The notes under the pieces are model-generated. The model was given only the letters and a program-made list of their open reading frames with translations. It searched no databases and was not told the DNA's origin. A DNA stretch of 64,000 bases from Balanoglossus misakiensis. Its lineage: Eukaryota; Animalia; Hemichordata. Shown here one piece after another: positions 1 to 22,333 of this stretch. Every line of letters starts with the position of its first letter. Within the stretch, counting starts at the first letter, position 1. A program made the position numbers and the translations under genes. Where the stretch lies: assembly GCA_040954595.2 (NCBI GenBank), contig CM082581.2, forward strand, positions 5,138,699-5,202,698, read 5' to 3'.

Positions 1-3000
1 CGCAACACTTCATGTCCTTCAGTACTGTCAGGCAGATATGCAATACGAGTTGTTCCAGTGTAGGGTCTGCCAGGATTTGGATGTTCAGGCTGCAGGTATA
101 TAGATAATGAATCATAGTAACTTTGAAACTCTTGTTTCAAGAACTGAATGCAAATATGCAGTTATTCAAGGTCAATCAATATTTAAAAAAAATGAAACAA
201 TTATCCTAAACACCTAATGTGCCAACTTCACCACAATTTGAACATATCCACTTTGGCCACCACCAAGAATCTGCATATTTAATGTTAAGTCAATCAAACA
301 AATAATTTCAAAAATAAAATTCACCAAAACTTAAACATATTATATTTACTTATAATTAAATAATCATACCAAATTTAAAAGCAACCAGAGAATCAGTTTT
401 AGAGAGAAAGAGTTTTTGACGGATAATGGCCGGCGGTGGTACATGTCCAGGTGACTACTAGTATATCCCTTCCCACATGTTCACATAATAGTAAATTTAG
501 GTTGGCCTAAAACTTACACTGGTTTAGGGCCAACGCTTATGGGCTGGTTTGATCCTCACTATTATTAAATAATGCATCAACATACCAAATATCAAGTTTT
601 AACTACTTCAGTTCTCAAAATGTTCGAGTAGATGGACATACCCCACAGAAATGAATCATGTTGTGAATGAACGTTGCATGTAATCGCAATGAATGATCGT
701 GTGTGTTGATTGCAGGCGGCAGTGTGGTGGAGTATATTGTTTCGCTGCTTTGTTGCTGCAACAACCAAGACCATGGTGAAGGCACTAATATAAGCAGGCT
801 ATAGCAAATGTCCAGCCACTAAAAATAGAAAGCAATATCTTACCCCTTGTTTTCCTGAAGGAAAATTATAAGTGATAACAATAGCACCACATCTAGGATA
901 TCCAGGAAGAATTGTGTATCTGTCAATATGGTGGGTCATTGTTCCTCGAGGCATATCGCCAGTGATGACACCAAATGCTTTCTTGCAGACTGGGCAGCTT
1001 GGTCCTTGGTGTTTCTTTGATTTGTCAACACAGTCTTTACAGAAAGAATGTTTACAGGGTAGTTCACACGGATTTTTCATTTTATCCCAACATATGGGAC
1101 ATTTGCCCTCTTCTGAATCATTCTTTGTTGTGGTTGATTTTCGAATAGCTCCCCGTGAAAAAGAACTGTCAGTATTACTACTGCCAGAACTGAGTCCTTC
1201 CACTAAAGCCTTTGAGTACTGCTTTACTTTACTCATCACTCCTCCACCAGTTAATTGAGATGTTACAGAGCCACTGGTACCAGAATACTTCCAGGACTGT
1301 AGAGGGTCATCAACTGAGCTTTCTCTGCCAACAATCAAAGTATCTGCTCCTACATCCATCGGTTTGGTGTACAACATGGCTTTATCTTCCAAGTTCTTTT
1401 CAAAAACTTTTCCAAAAACTTCTGTGGTTGTCTTATCCACATCAATGAAGTGTATTTCCTCGAGTATACTTGCACCATGATGACGGCTTAAGTATTCTAA
1501 CACCGCACTACACATTACTTCAGCACAGAGGTGCTTTGGTACTCCATAAATGCCTGCAACAAGAAACATTTGATATTTAATTTTAGAAATTGTACTTACG
1601 AATTGGGGTTTATGACATGGGTTTTTGTCAGTGCATGAATTTCATTCAGTGGTTTTGCAAACAGGGGTGAAAATATTTTTTTTCGAAGATCCACTAAAAC
1701 ACATATCACATGACCACTGTGTAATACATGTAATAGCAATATTTCACAGTCTACCGTTTCCCCAATTTCTGCACTTTCAGAAAATATATTCTTCTATATA
1801 TATATACTTTGACAATAAATGACAATTCCTGAAGCCGTGTTTTATATATCACATCCTTTAAAGGCATAATTTTGAAATGGCCAAATGTTCCATTGAACTA
1901 ATTTGCATATTAAAAGACACCAAAGCAGACACACACAAATTTATACAAAAAATGCTTCTATATGTTCATGTCTTATGTTGTTTCATGGAATACATGTAAA
2001 TCACTGGAATCTACACTTTAGATATTATTTTCCTGGTAAGTACACACATAGTAATGAACACATACAGCATAAAATAAAAAGGGGCATTATATTTAAAATG
2101 ATGACATACCTGTACCAATAGCTGGAATGGCAATAGTCTTTGCCTTGAGACCTTCAGTCATAGATAAAAGATTTATACAGCAAGCACGTAATGCTTCTTT
2201 TGTTGTGTACATGTCTTCCTTCCTCCAATCTGGTCCAACAGTATGAAGGACCCATTGACAAGGTAAGCTTCCTGCCCCAGTGTACACCACTTCCGATAGC
2301 TGAAGTCTACCTTTTTGTTGCATGATGTCATCACTCTCTTTCTGAATGCTAGACCCTCCTGCTATCAAAATAGCCCCAGCAACACCTCCTCCATGTATAA
2401 GCATGTCATTTGCAGCATTGGCAATAACATCAACATTTTCTTTTGTGATGTCTCCCTGCAAAATTTTCACTTTTGTCTTCCTTCCAACTCCAACCTCAAA
2501 TTCTAACATGACTTTACTGCCTGCTTTGTCACCAGAGTAAGTAAAATCACTTCTCTCCTGAACACCTTTTTGTCCCCCGTGTCTTTTTCCCTTTCCACTA
2601 TGACGACTTGGTGGAACAGTCACACCAAGATAACTGCAGAAAAATTCCATGGCAACCTTTACATGATCTACCTCACCTAATATCCTAATTTGATGATTTC
2701 CAGAATCTATGATGTGGATATTTGTGTGTTTTGATTGTGTGTCTTTCACAGCTTTCTCGATTTGAGCAGAAAATAACCCCTTTTCAGTTAAATCTACATC
2801 TTTTGAAATCATCTTTGAGTGTAGACTTTGAATAAATGTGGCAAATGTATCATAGACATCTTCCAAATCTTGAACTGTACATTTTGTATTTCCCTTAGAT
2901 GGTTTTATGACAATGTCATGACCTCCCTCCCATACAAACTTAACTCTATTTTTTCTTTCCATATCAATCAGTGTAGTTCTATGTACATTGAATACAAACG

Positions 3001-6000
3001 CTAACATATCTTCACCCACAGTGGCCTGTTTACTCATTTTGGGCTCATGCTTATCTGCTGGCTTTTCACCTGGAGACACTGATCTGCTTCTTGTACTTTT
3101 GTCAGAACCTGACTCTTTCTCTAATGAATGCCCCCTCAGTTCCCCTAGTGCCTGTTGTTTGGACTGAGTCACTTGATCAACTTGTTCTCCCTTTTTTATA
3201 CTAATAGTAATACATGTATTTTGACCTGTTGAATCTCCTTTCAAATTCTTACTGACATCTCTTATAAGCTGACTATCACCAAGACCTAATTGGGAGTTAT
3301 CAACTGGTGGATTAACACTTTCTTTACTCTCACTGTCTGTACCATTCACTAAAGAGAGGTCACTTTTTGGCCTGGTCTTTCCTTTTCTTTTATCAGACTG
3401 ATTTTCTATCTCTTCTGATCCCTGTTCCTTTCCACCCTTCTTATTTGTGTTTTGAGTTGTATCTTGAGTTGAACAGTTGTGCATCTTTTGTTCTTGCTTA
3501 ATATTACGAGTGGCCTGATCATCTGTGTAACTAGATTGTATTTCCCGCCCATTTTCTGTCTCAAACTTAGAAATATCATAATCTGCATCTGTACCCTCCT
3601 CCAAATCAAACTTGGGGGTCAGGGGTAAATCCGTTTGTGACCCACAATCCCTCATAGATTCACAAGTTTCATTGTCAGTAATGGTTGCCATGGCACTACC
3701 TGCATGATTTTGTGTGACTATCATTGATGATAAACTGTTGCTAATTTTTGTTAGCTGATAAATATATCCCTTCATTTTCAAGACTACTCTGTCACCCTCT
3801 TTTTTGATGTTCCATTTCACAGTGTCCCCTAAACTTTGTCCAATCAGAGCTATTACTACACCGACTGGAAGGGGTAGCTGATTCAGCTGCACTGTACCCA
3901 CAACTTCCATGATTTCCTGCAAAAATCAACAGTTTGGAAATCAAGACTAAACAGTGTTGACATTACCATAACAGCACCTACAGCATCACAACAGGTGCAA
4001 CAATTAAACTAAAAAAAGACAAATCCATAAATGCTGTTAGTATTTGAAATGATATGGACACAACTCTTTGGTGTAGAAAACTGGCACACTGTCAAGCATT
4101 GATTCCCCAGCTTTTTCATATGCATCGATGAATTTAGAATATACTGTGTCATTAAAGTGTGATAGGTATTAACCCAGCAGCAGTTTCTCAAACAATAACA
4201 AAGTCTTGGTGACCCAAATTAATTCTGCCACCTAATATTAGTTTGCCAATGACATAGTGAAAGTCAATGAACAATATATTTATATATGATGGCATGAGAC
4301 CGAGTGCAATTGGTGCACTAGGTCTGGATAACTTACATCATAGACTTTTGCTGGTTTGTCTGTTTCACTGTGCTTCTTGATTTCAGCTATCAAATTGTTG
4401 TTCAGCTCATTCAATTGTAATAGAGTTCCTTTGATTACAGCTGCATCATCCTCGATTGTGGCGTCCGAATCTTTGAGTAGTGAATGGAGCAATGGCTTCA
4501 TATTTTCAGGAATACGCAGTGTTGCAACAACTTTTTCAAACAATGCGTCACCGGCAGCATGCAAACAAGTAGCTGCCTTCTCGGGTTGGCCTGATGGCTT
4601 CCTTTCATGCACTGTGGTGTCAACAGCAAACACAGGCTGCATGGATTTGAAAAAGATAAAGAGCATTAAGGACTCTGTTCTCGGGTTTGTTTGGGACAAA
4701 TGTACGCTAGTTGTTGGACAATCTTTTGTGGAAAAAGTGATTAGTTTAGTCAATTACATTTGTTCATATTTCAGGATTCTGATACAGTATGTTTAAAAGA
4801 TAATGGAATCAACATGTTTTTATAAAATATATTTTGACGTAGTCACGTCTATTGAACAAACTTTGACCAATTCATTGGACAAAACCATTTGTCAGATATC
4901 AGCATTCATTTTCTACCAAAATGTACATGCATAAAGAATACTAAATAACTTGAATACTGTGGTATACTGCAAAAGCTTGAATAAATAAATAAATCCTACT
5001 CCTACTATTAATGAGCCACAACAAACAAACATCCATCCATCCATATATTCATACATACATACGTACATAAATACATACATTGTACATACATACATACATA
5101 CATACATACATACATACATACATACATACATACATACATACATACATACATACATACATACATACATACATACATACATACATACATACATACATACATA
5201 CATACATACATACATACATACATACATACATACATACATACATACATACATACATACATACATACATACATACATACATACATACATACATACATACATA
5301 CATACATACATACATACATACATACATACATACATACATACATACATACATACATACATACATACATACATACATACATACATACATACATACATACATA
5401 CATACATACATACATACATACATACATACATACATACATACATACATACATACATACATACATACATACATACATACATACATACATACATACATACATA
5501 CATACATACATACATACATACATACATACATACATACATACATACATACATACATACATACATACATACATACATACATACATACATACATACATACATA
5601 CATACATACATACATACATACATACATACATACATACATACATACATACATACATACATACATACATACATACATACATACATACATACATACATACATA
5701 CATACATACATACATACATACATACATACATACATACATACATACATACATACATACATACATACATACATACATACATACATACATACATACATACATA
5801 CATACATACATACATACATACATACATACATACATACATACATACATACATACATACATACATACATACATACATACATACATACATACATACATACATA
5901 CATACATACATACATACATACATACATACATACATACATACATACATACATACATACATACATACATACATACATACATACATACATACATACATACATA

Positions 6001-7507
6001 CATACATACATACATACATACATACATACATACATACATACATACATACATACATACATACATACATACATACATACATACATACATACATACATACATA
6101 CATACATACATACATACATACATACATACATACATACATACATACATACATACATACATACATACATACATACATACATACATACATACATACATACATA
6201 CATACATACATACATACATACATACATACATACATACATACATACATACATACATACATACATACATACATACATACATACATACATACATACATACATA
6301 CATACATACATACATACATACATACATACATACATACATACATACATACATGAGCAAACAAGGTCAGCGAATGAATGAATAATATCCTCACCATATTTGC
6401 TCCCAAATACCCAAGATCCACCTGTGCGCACTCACGATTTTGTGTGAAAACCAAGTCACTGTCATCATGATTATTAGTATAATGTATTTCTTGTGAATCA
6501 TGCTGTTGCAGTCGTTGCTCCATTTCTTTCTTGGCTGTCATGATATCCACAGGTCCACCAAAGGTCAAAAGGTGATTCAGATACGACTGCATGCTCTCTG
6601 CACCAACAAGTTTGTGTTCCAAGAGTTCTATCTGAGAATCAATCTGTTTACGCTTTGGTGCATAAATATCACTGACTTCAGCCTGTAACTTTATTTCTTG
6701 TTGCTTGAGTTTATCAAAGACACTTTTAGCAAAGTCCTTGATTTGTGACTCAGCCGTCGTTTTCATTTTTTCCAAATCAACTCCATCACTTGAAACTCTA
6801 TCCTTCGTCTGTTTTAAATCAATCACTTTTTGCTCGACTGTCTTGGTGTACTGTTTCATAGTTGGCATGTACTTCTCCAGCGCAGACTCTATTGATATTG
6901 TTTTATGCTCTGGCGGTACATGGTGAACAATACTACACTTCATACATGTTGGCAACTGACAAGTGTCGCAGTAGAATTCTAACTGAGTGCTAGGATGACT
7001 CTCACAGAATCGTGGTTGGATCATTCTGAAATGCTGTGAAGACATTTTCTCATTGTATTCTTCAACTGTCATCACTTTATGATCCCTGAGTGATCTCACC
7101 CCTCGGTGAGTTCGAATGCACTCGACACAAAAGAACTGACCACAGTCTGTACACCAGTGTTTAGCTTCACTGTCACATTCTTCAGATCCTTCACAGACAG
7201 ATATTGATTGTTCGGTCCCAGGACTGATGTCGCTGATAAGCTGAAGTAGGTCATTCATGAAGTGATTATTGGTGATGGCTTTTACTCCTCCAGAGGGCAA
7301 AGGGTGCAATTCTCTACATGTTGGACAGATCAGTTGACCATTGTTTTCATTGACCCACTCCGTCAGGCAAACTTCACAATATGTGTGATAACAAGGCAAT
7401 ATTTTAGGTGATTTAAAACGCTCCAAGCAGATTGCACATAGCATTATTTGTTCATTGATATCAGTTAAAACTTTGTCACTGGAACCAGGTGTTGCAGCTG
7501 TTGCCAT
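1..7507 (-). CDS. Copy 1 (3'-partial): TRIM(RBCC)-KH-like-macrodomain-RING-DTC fusion E3 ligase, DTX3L-like
   Basis: Exons 7507-6392 (ATG; RING CAIC..CYHTYC..C..CPTC, two B-boxes, coiled coil; donor GTGAG, phase 0), 4636-4337 (300 nt, 0/0), 3916-2110 (GDIT..NAAN..HGGGV..IPAIGTG, phase 1), 1553-844 (GIYG completes the macro loop; RING CPIC..CKHSFC..CPVC; DTC start), 89-1 ([20 protein letters not shown], cut by window edge). All GT-AG, frame intact. Confidence 0.88.
5083..6350. repeat. (TACA)n microsatellite, ~1.27 kb, in the intron after the TRIM exon of copy 1
   Basis: Apparently uninterrupted tetranucleotide run starting ~40 bp inside the intron. Confidence 0.98.
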
Positions 7508-8500
7508 GTTGGATCCACTGATTACAAACGTTTCGCCTGCAAAACATAATATTTTCAGTAAATTACTAAGTGGAAGAATTCATGGTAGATAATTTTAATG
7601 GCCGTACCAGTTTATTTTATTATTGGCTATTTTATCCCAATTACCTGTATTTAGTTTTCAAGTATCGTGGTATGTGCAAAAAACAAACCAGGGTGAGGAG
7701 CATTTTTCATATATATATCAGCATGTTTGTTTGGCGAAGAAACTCAAACTTCGGCGAGTTGACTAATTTCTAATGGTGGAAATAACTTTCGTCCAATCAC
7801 AATACTCGTAATTACTGGCCAATGAGAGCCACATTTACAATTTCTTCAGCGGCGGAAATGGGGGCAGACTGGCTCTCGTTGTGATGTGCGTTTCGTGTTG
7901 GACCATAAATAAAAATAAAAAGCTATGACGTCGACCGTCCTCAAAATGTTTTCTTCATAAGTACACATTATTCATGCACGGATAGACACGTGCGTTTGTT
8001 GTTGCTGCACCCATCGACGTAGCTGTACTTGTACGATAAGTTTTGTGATTATTCTTCTGCAAGAACATGCGGCTACGTCTGTTGCTAATGATAATGCTAG
8101 TCTGTTTTCTGGATGCACGCGAAAGATCCCCAAAATATTTCAGAGACTATCCGCCACATCTACGGTTGTAAACAAGCGCCCGTGGAACCAAACGGTGACG
8201 GTTACAGCTTGAGACCTCGTGCACGGTACGCGACCAGCACTGAAGTGAAACTTTGTTCATACGTTTTTTTCATCGGATATCGAATTTTGCATTTGTTCAC
8301 GACAGTTTACAATTCACTATGGTTGACTAAATTGACGCCAATCTTATGACGAAACTCACCTTCAATGTCATGCGATGGGGACCACACTAAACACAGTCAT
8401 TTAGGCTATAGCGCAACACAAATTCTGCGATTCTCGTCGAGAGTCGGGCGAATGAAGTTGGCGAAATGTGATAGGTAAGGCGAGCATGCGCAATCAAGTT
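7508..8500 (-). promoter_or_regulatory. Conserved CpG-richer upstream block with putative non-coding first exon (donor at 8360/8359) and acceptor at 7537/7536
   Basis: TTTTGCAG acceptor 29 nt before the ATG and an AAG|GTGAGT donor, both conserved in copies 2 (23306), 3 (39322) and 4 (52751); CCAAT motifs at ~7793 and ~7819. Transcription start not determinable. Confidence 0.5.
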
Positions 8501-9697
8501 AATATATTGCGAACTGTTAATCAGTTGCATGACGCTGTGAGTGCAAAAATGTACACGTTATTTTGACACGAACAATTATTATTCCAATATTGAGATATAT
8601 CTAATTTCAACCAAAACATGTAGTTGTACTTTGTGTTCCTGTTTATCGTGTCGATTTTTTGCGGTACGACCCGTCGTACGTACGCTCTACGGGCCTGGTT
8701 ATACAGTTTTCAATTTACCGTTTGCGTGCAATTTTACCTGTTGTAAGCTTATTCTGTACATATGTATCAGCCTCAGGGTCTGTAACACTAAATCATATTA
8801 TCATGGACCACTTTTCCTGTGGGAAATATTCCCCTTGTATGTTTTTTTCACAGTCCATAATGATGAAAAAACAACCATTCTCCGCGATTTTGCTGCTGTT
8901 CACATAATGGATTCCTATTTTTCCTGCGCGTGGGGTTTGATATAGTGGACATTGGTTAACGATATATGTCAACTTGTAATTCTAGTATTTACAATAAGAA
9001 AATGTGTTGAACCACGATTCACCTACATTGCACGTTCATTTGATGCAATACTGCATGTACTTCGACCACGGATGTACAGTGGTACCAGCCCCCATGCATA
9101 TATAGGCCTACGCCCATAAAACTGGGTAGGCCTACGTTTTGCACAGGGAGACACATTTCAACATTAAAAATAGTCAACGTCCCAATAATAAAATGCCTAA
9201 TATCTTGATCGCTTCCCTTTTCATTGTTTATCATACAAGGCATGACGGTGTTTGCATAGGACAAAATCAACTAGATGTTGGATCGGTCTAGATTTCAAGT
9301 CAGCCCGAGTGGACCCCTCTTCCTTAGCCACGACCAAACTAAGGCGCCCCAAGGCCGACGAAGTCTGTGCTAAATGAACCGTTCAGGCGAATTGCACCTT
9401 TTGCTTTAACTTTGTATGACATGAGCAGCTCAAACAGCCTTGTAATTTTAATGGAAAAATACAGAGCGACTCATTGCTATGACAAACCTCCTTAAAATAC
9501 ATTACCAATTACGTGAACGGCTCCTAGTAGAGTAGCTGGTGTTTGTATTTGATATCGATTTATAGTATGAGGTCAAAACAGTGTCGCACACTCTGACACA
9601 ATCAAACAATGGAGTACAATGATGTATGTTTTTCATGCATGGGTGGGGGAGGGGTCGAGAGGTTTTCATACAGTAACTATGATACCAATATTTAAAA

Positions 9698-11057
9698 ATA
9701 GCGTCAAGGACACTGTGGTCCCATTTGAGGATTATGCGGAAACAGTGACACACCAGAATAAAAATTACAGGTGACATTGCAAGCAGATCTGCAAGCAGCA
9801 ATATCGGGCCCAAGCCAACATAGCAACATAGCAATAAGCATATCTGCTCTGGATGCCAAGATATGGAAAAGTAGGTCAAAGGTCACCTGAGGTTATGCAA
9901 AATTTGGGCAAGAAATTTTGACCCTATACTGGTCCATGTTCAACAAAAACCAAACCTATAGCCCTATTGGTTAGCCTGGAATTAGGTATGCACATAATTA
10001 ATGAGATATGCAGGTGTCACAGGTGACCCCAAATTTTGGCTTTTCAATTTTAGTCCCAACCCTCCAAACGCCAAGTCTGTACCTGCTCTGGATGCCAAGA
10101 TATGATAAAGTAGGTCAAAGGTCACCTGAGGTCATGCAAAATTTGGGCAAGAAATTTTGACCTTATACTGGTCTATGTTCAACAAAAACCAAACCTATAG
10201 CCCTATTGGTTAGCCTGGAATTAGGTATGCACATAATTAATGAGATATGCAGGTGTCACAGGTGACCCCCCAATTTTGGCTTTTCAATTTTAGTCCCAAC
10301 CCTCCGAACGCCAAGTCTGTACCTGCTCTGGATGCCAAGAAATGGTAAAGTAGGTCAAAGGTCACCTGAAGTCATGCAAAATTTGGGCAAGAAATTTTGA
10401 CCCTATACTGGTCCATGTCCCACAAGAACGAAACCTCTAGCCCTATTAGTTAGCCCGGAATTAGGTATGCACATAATTAATGTGTTAAGCAGGTGTTACA
10501 GGTGAGCCCAAAATTTTGCCTTTTATTTTGGCCCCATTGTGCTCACTGACCAATAGACAGTCACTGTACAGGACTATTGCACAGATCAGAATTCCACAAT
10601 AAGACGTGGACATAGCTTAACCATAGAGGTATAAGTAAAGGTATAAATTTAATAAAAAGACTAAAAAATTCATAAAAAATAAAACATCGATGATATTAAC
10701 TTAACACTTACAGGTCGATGTGAGGTTGACATATGGTACATGCATACCAATTTTTAAAGCAATCTGACGAGTAGTTTTTGATTTTCAGAGTTTTGATAAA
10801 TTTCACATTTTTCCAGCTAATTTGCATATTTTTGGGCCTGGCAACTTCGTTTGGACAAACTCCCATCTACAGCCCAGCCTGCACCTACACACCAAATATT
10901 GAGGTGATACGCGCAGCGGTTTTCAAGTTTTTGATGTGGACGGACATACAGACATACATCCATCCATACATCCATACATACATCCATCCATACATACATA
11001 CAGACGCAACCGATCCCATAAGGTCCCATGGTATATATGCCTATACCAATGGGACCT
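9698..11057 (-). mobile_element. Non-autonomous Helentron/DINE-1-like (HINE) element
   Basis: Absent at the homologous site of copies 2-4; inserted in a T-run (minus strand). 5' stem-loop AGGTCCCATTGGTATA..TATACCATGGGACCT followed by a (GTAT/GGAT) microsatellite, central ~240-bp tandem repeats, 3' sub-terminal inverted repeat AATGGGACC plus hairpin AGTGTC-CTT-GACGCT. Confidence 0.75.
9843..10530. repeat. ~240-bp tandem repeat, ~3 copies, inside the HINE-like element
   Basis: tgctctggatgccaaga..aagtaggtcaaaggtcacctga recurs at ~9845, ~10084 and ~10324. Confidence 0.92.
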
Positions 11058-13828
11058 AAAAAAACAAGGCCTGTGACAGGAGTCAGCTGGATCGATATTG
11101 ATTCAGGACAGGTTCCTATCTTGACTGTCGCCTATAAATTGTCCGAATAAATTCATGTGCCAGCTGGTACTGATAAGTTTTGGCCACACTACATACACTA
11201 ACACAGATAGAACGTTTGAGTGACCAGCTTTTTATCTGCAAATCAAACTGAAATGTTCTTGAAATATAGAGTTTTTAATAGTAGGCCCATTCTATCAGTG
11301 AAATTTGTGATGACACAAAGAAATAAAACCATGTAATTATTGATATTGCATCGATCATCTGTTAGGTAGCAAACATATTTTTCTGTTCTCGTTTTCTTTA
11401 TTTCTTTAGGAGTGGGCTGTAGTGCATCAGGTGTATTCTGTGTGTACCTAACTTCGTACTGTCACACATTGCAGTATGCCAGAGATCTATAAACTTTTTT
11501 CCCCACATACTTGATTTTTGACTTTTTTTTTGGTTGTCTGTGCTGTGCTGTGCTGTGCTATATTGTTTGACTTTTACAGCTGGCCATGTGATGTGATATC
11601 TGACCTATGATATATAGATGGTACTGTAGTATACAAATGTGTACTCCAGAGTTAAATATAATCAATTTTTTTTATTCACATCGCATAAATTGATGACAGG
11701 AAATTTGGAAAAAAGTTGATCACACCATCTTTTGTGGAATTCGACCATATCAGTAAATAAAATTTTCAAAGACTACTACCGGTATATCATTTAAGGTAGC
11801 AGGGACTACCCAGTAAAAAAAAACATATTTGCAATATTGTCATTTTCAGAAGTTCTATCCAGTGATATAAAGTAAACACCATGCTTGATTTTGTGATTTC
11901 TACTATAGAGAATTATAGCCCCAGGAGTTCAAGAAAAATGCTGAATCCGCATTTTACTCGTCTTTTGATCCCTGTTTTATATTTTTTAAAGTTAAAATCC
12001 ATTGGTTACAAGATATATATTTTCATTTGAATAAAATCCTGGCAACTTTTCTGAAAAGTTTTATTTGGTGGTACAAAGATTTTGCAGTGGACAGACTTGT
12101 ACGCACACATGCATGCATGCACGCACTTACTCAAATACACACATACTGGTATAAAAATTAATTTTATGCTATACCAGTACATACAAATGCCAAATGGGAG
12201 CTACAATTCTTGAATAGTAGAAATATTGAACTAAACTGCAAAACAAACAACAATATTCAGATGTGACTATGTTTTGACTTGTACAGAATGAATAATAGGC
12301 AGATGATTAAATAATGGGAAATTATATGAATATGTCTGACAAGTTGTTTATTTTCTGCAAATTGGGAATTAATATCTAATTTTTGTTTGCATTGCACTGA
12401 CTGAAATTCCCAGTTATATTGTGCTACAGATGGGCAATTAATGCACAAACCTGTTAATAGATTTGCATACTGTTTCATAGAGTTTCTGAACATCAAGGCT
12501 AGGCACATGCTGAGTTCAGGTAGGCATTTGTATTACAAAACTGCTGGCTACTATCTGGGGGATATATAATTATATTCTTTAGGCAACTATTAAACTATTC
12601 CTTGAACATCTTTCCAATCAGCAAATGTGGCACTGAATCCCTGGATCACCAGGGCAATTAGCTTGCATGTGAAATAAAATGAAGTTTATATAAGAAATTT
12701 ACAAATCTTGGTTTATGAACTACAAACGAAGATACATATTACATCTGTGTACTAAATTCATGTTTCAATAAACTTGTAAATTTTATCTTTTGTCCATTTA
12801 ATTATTTTCAAACAGAACATATAACATATGTATACTCTATAGTTAAAGAGGCATCCAAATTACAAGATAAAGCCCAAATAAATGTTGTTGTTTTTTTTTT
12901 TTTTTTCGATAACCCCATGAGCTGCAACTCAATAAAATGTGTTAACCTTTAAATAATCTTGGATATGCTTTCAATTATGTTTATTATTAAGTTGAAAATT
13001 CCTGTTTAAATAAAAAGTGAAATATTGCAATGAAAAATGAAAATATAATGTCTCAATGGTGTACATTTATACTTCCATGTGTTCTAGTGGATGGGATCAT
13101 GCTTTGTTTATGAAGTTTCAAAGTGGGAAATGCAACGTTTTCATTGTATTTTTCATTTGCTACTGGTGGCAGCCTTATTTGCTTGCGACAAAACTTTATT
13201 ATTTATATGTATCTGGTTGAAAACTTGCATATGCACTCGTACTTAGGGCTTAAAATACTTGTATATACTACAGTACATACATCTGAATGGGCAAATGCGA
13301 GAACAGTTTGACAATAAATTTCATGATACTCATCTGAAAAAGTGCAGCTCATGGGGCTTTAAATTCAAATGGGACTTACGGAAAATGTTTACTGAAGTGT
13401 GATACAGGCATGTTCTTAAACACGGCTGACGAAAATAATAATAATATACGAATAGTAATAATTTATGACTTGCAAGTCATAAATTGCCACCAACAGTGAC
13501 TACACAAACTGGCGTCAGTGCCTGAATTTGATCGACCCAATCAAGGACGAAATTACAACATGTTCAAAGGCTTATTGAATGGAAACCAAAGCATATCTCC
13601 AAAGAATGGTATTTGTACATAAAATATTCAAGAAATACAAATACAGAGACATCAATAATCCACCTATCTTAAGTGTCGAGATCTGTTCAACTTTAGTGCA
13701 TGTATATTAGAACTTCTATTATTGGCTTAGAGCATGCAAATTCAGAGAGTATTAAAATAACATGCATTGTCAAATATTTGAAGCAACAGTTCTCAATCAG
13801 GAATACCGGTACATGGGAAACATGTTCT

Positions 13829-22333
<8,505 letters not shown>

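Noticed and set aside
872-1448. Plus-strand ORFs overlapping exons throughout the window
   Set aside because: Antisense shadows of the minus-strand coding exons with no recognisable motifs.
4913-6431. Long (YVCM)n / (HTYI)n ORFs, also at 36527-37126 and 50378-50731
   Set aside because: Translations of intronic TACA microsatellites, open in several frames at once; the real exon ends at the conserved GT donor.
8821-8834. GGGAAATATTCCCC as an NF-kB site
   Set aside because: Spacing does not fit GGGRNNYYCC well, it is deleted in copy 3, and its recurrence is explained by duplication.
8113-9270. Short ORFs recurring upstream of each copy as a head-to-head partner gene like PARP9/DTX3L
   Set aside because: Frames are broken by indels between copies and no domain motif is recognisable; recurrence reflects duplicated non-coding DNA.
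9874-9886. AGGTCAAAGGTCA nuclear-receptor DR1 motifs
   Set aside because: Part of the transposon's internal repeat unit and absent from other copies; no evidence of function.
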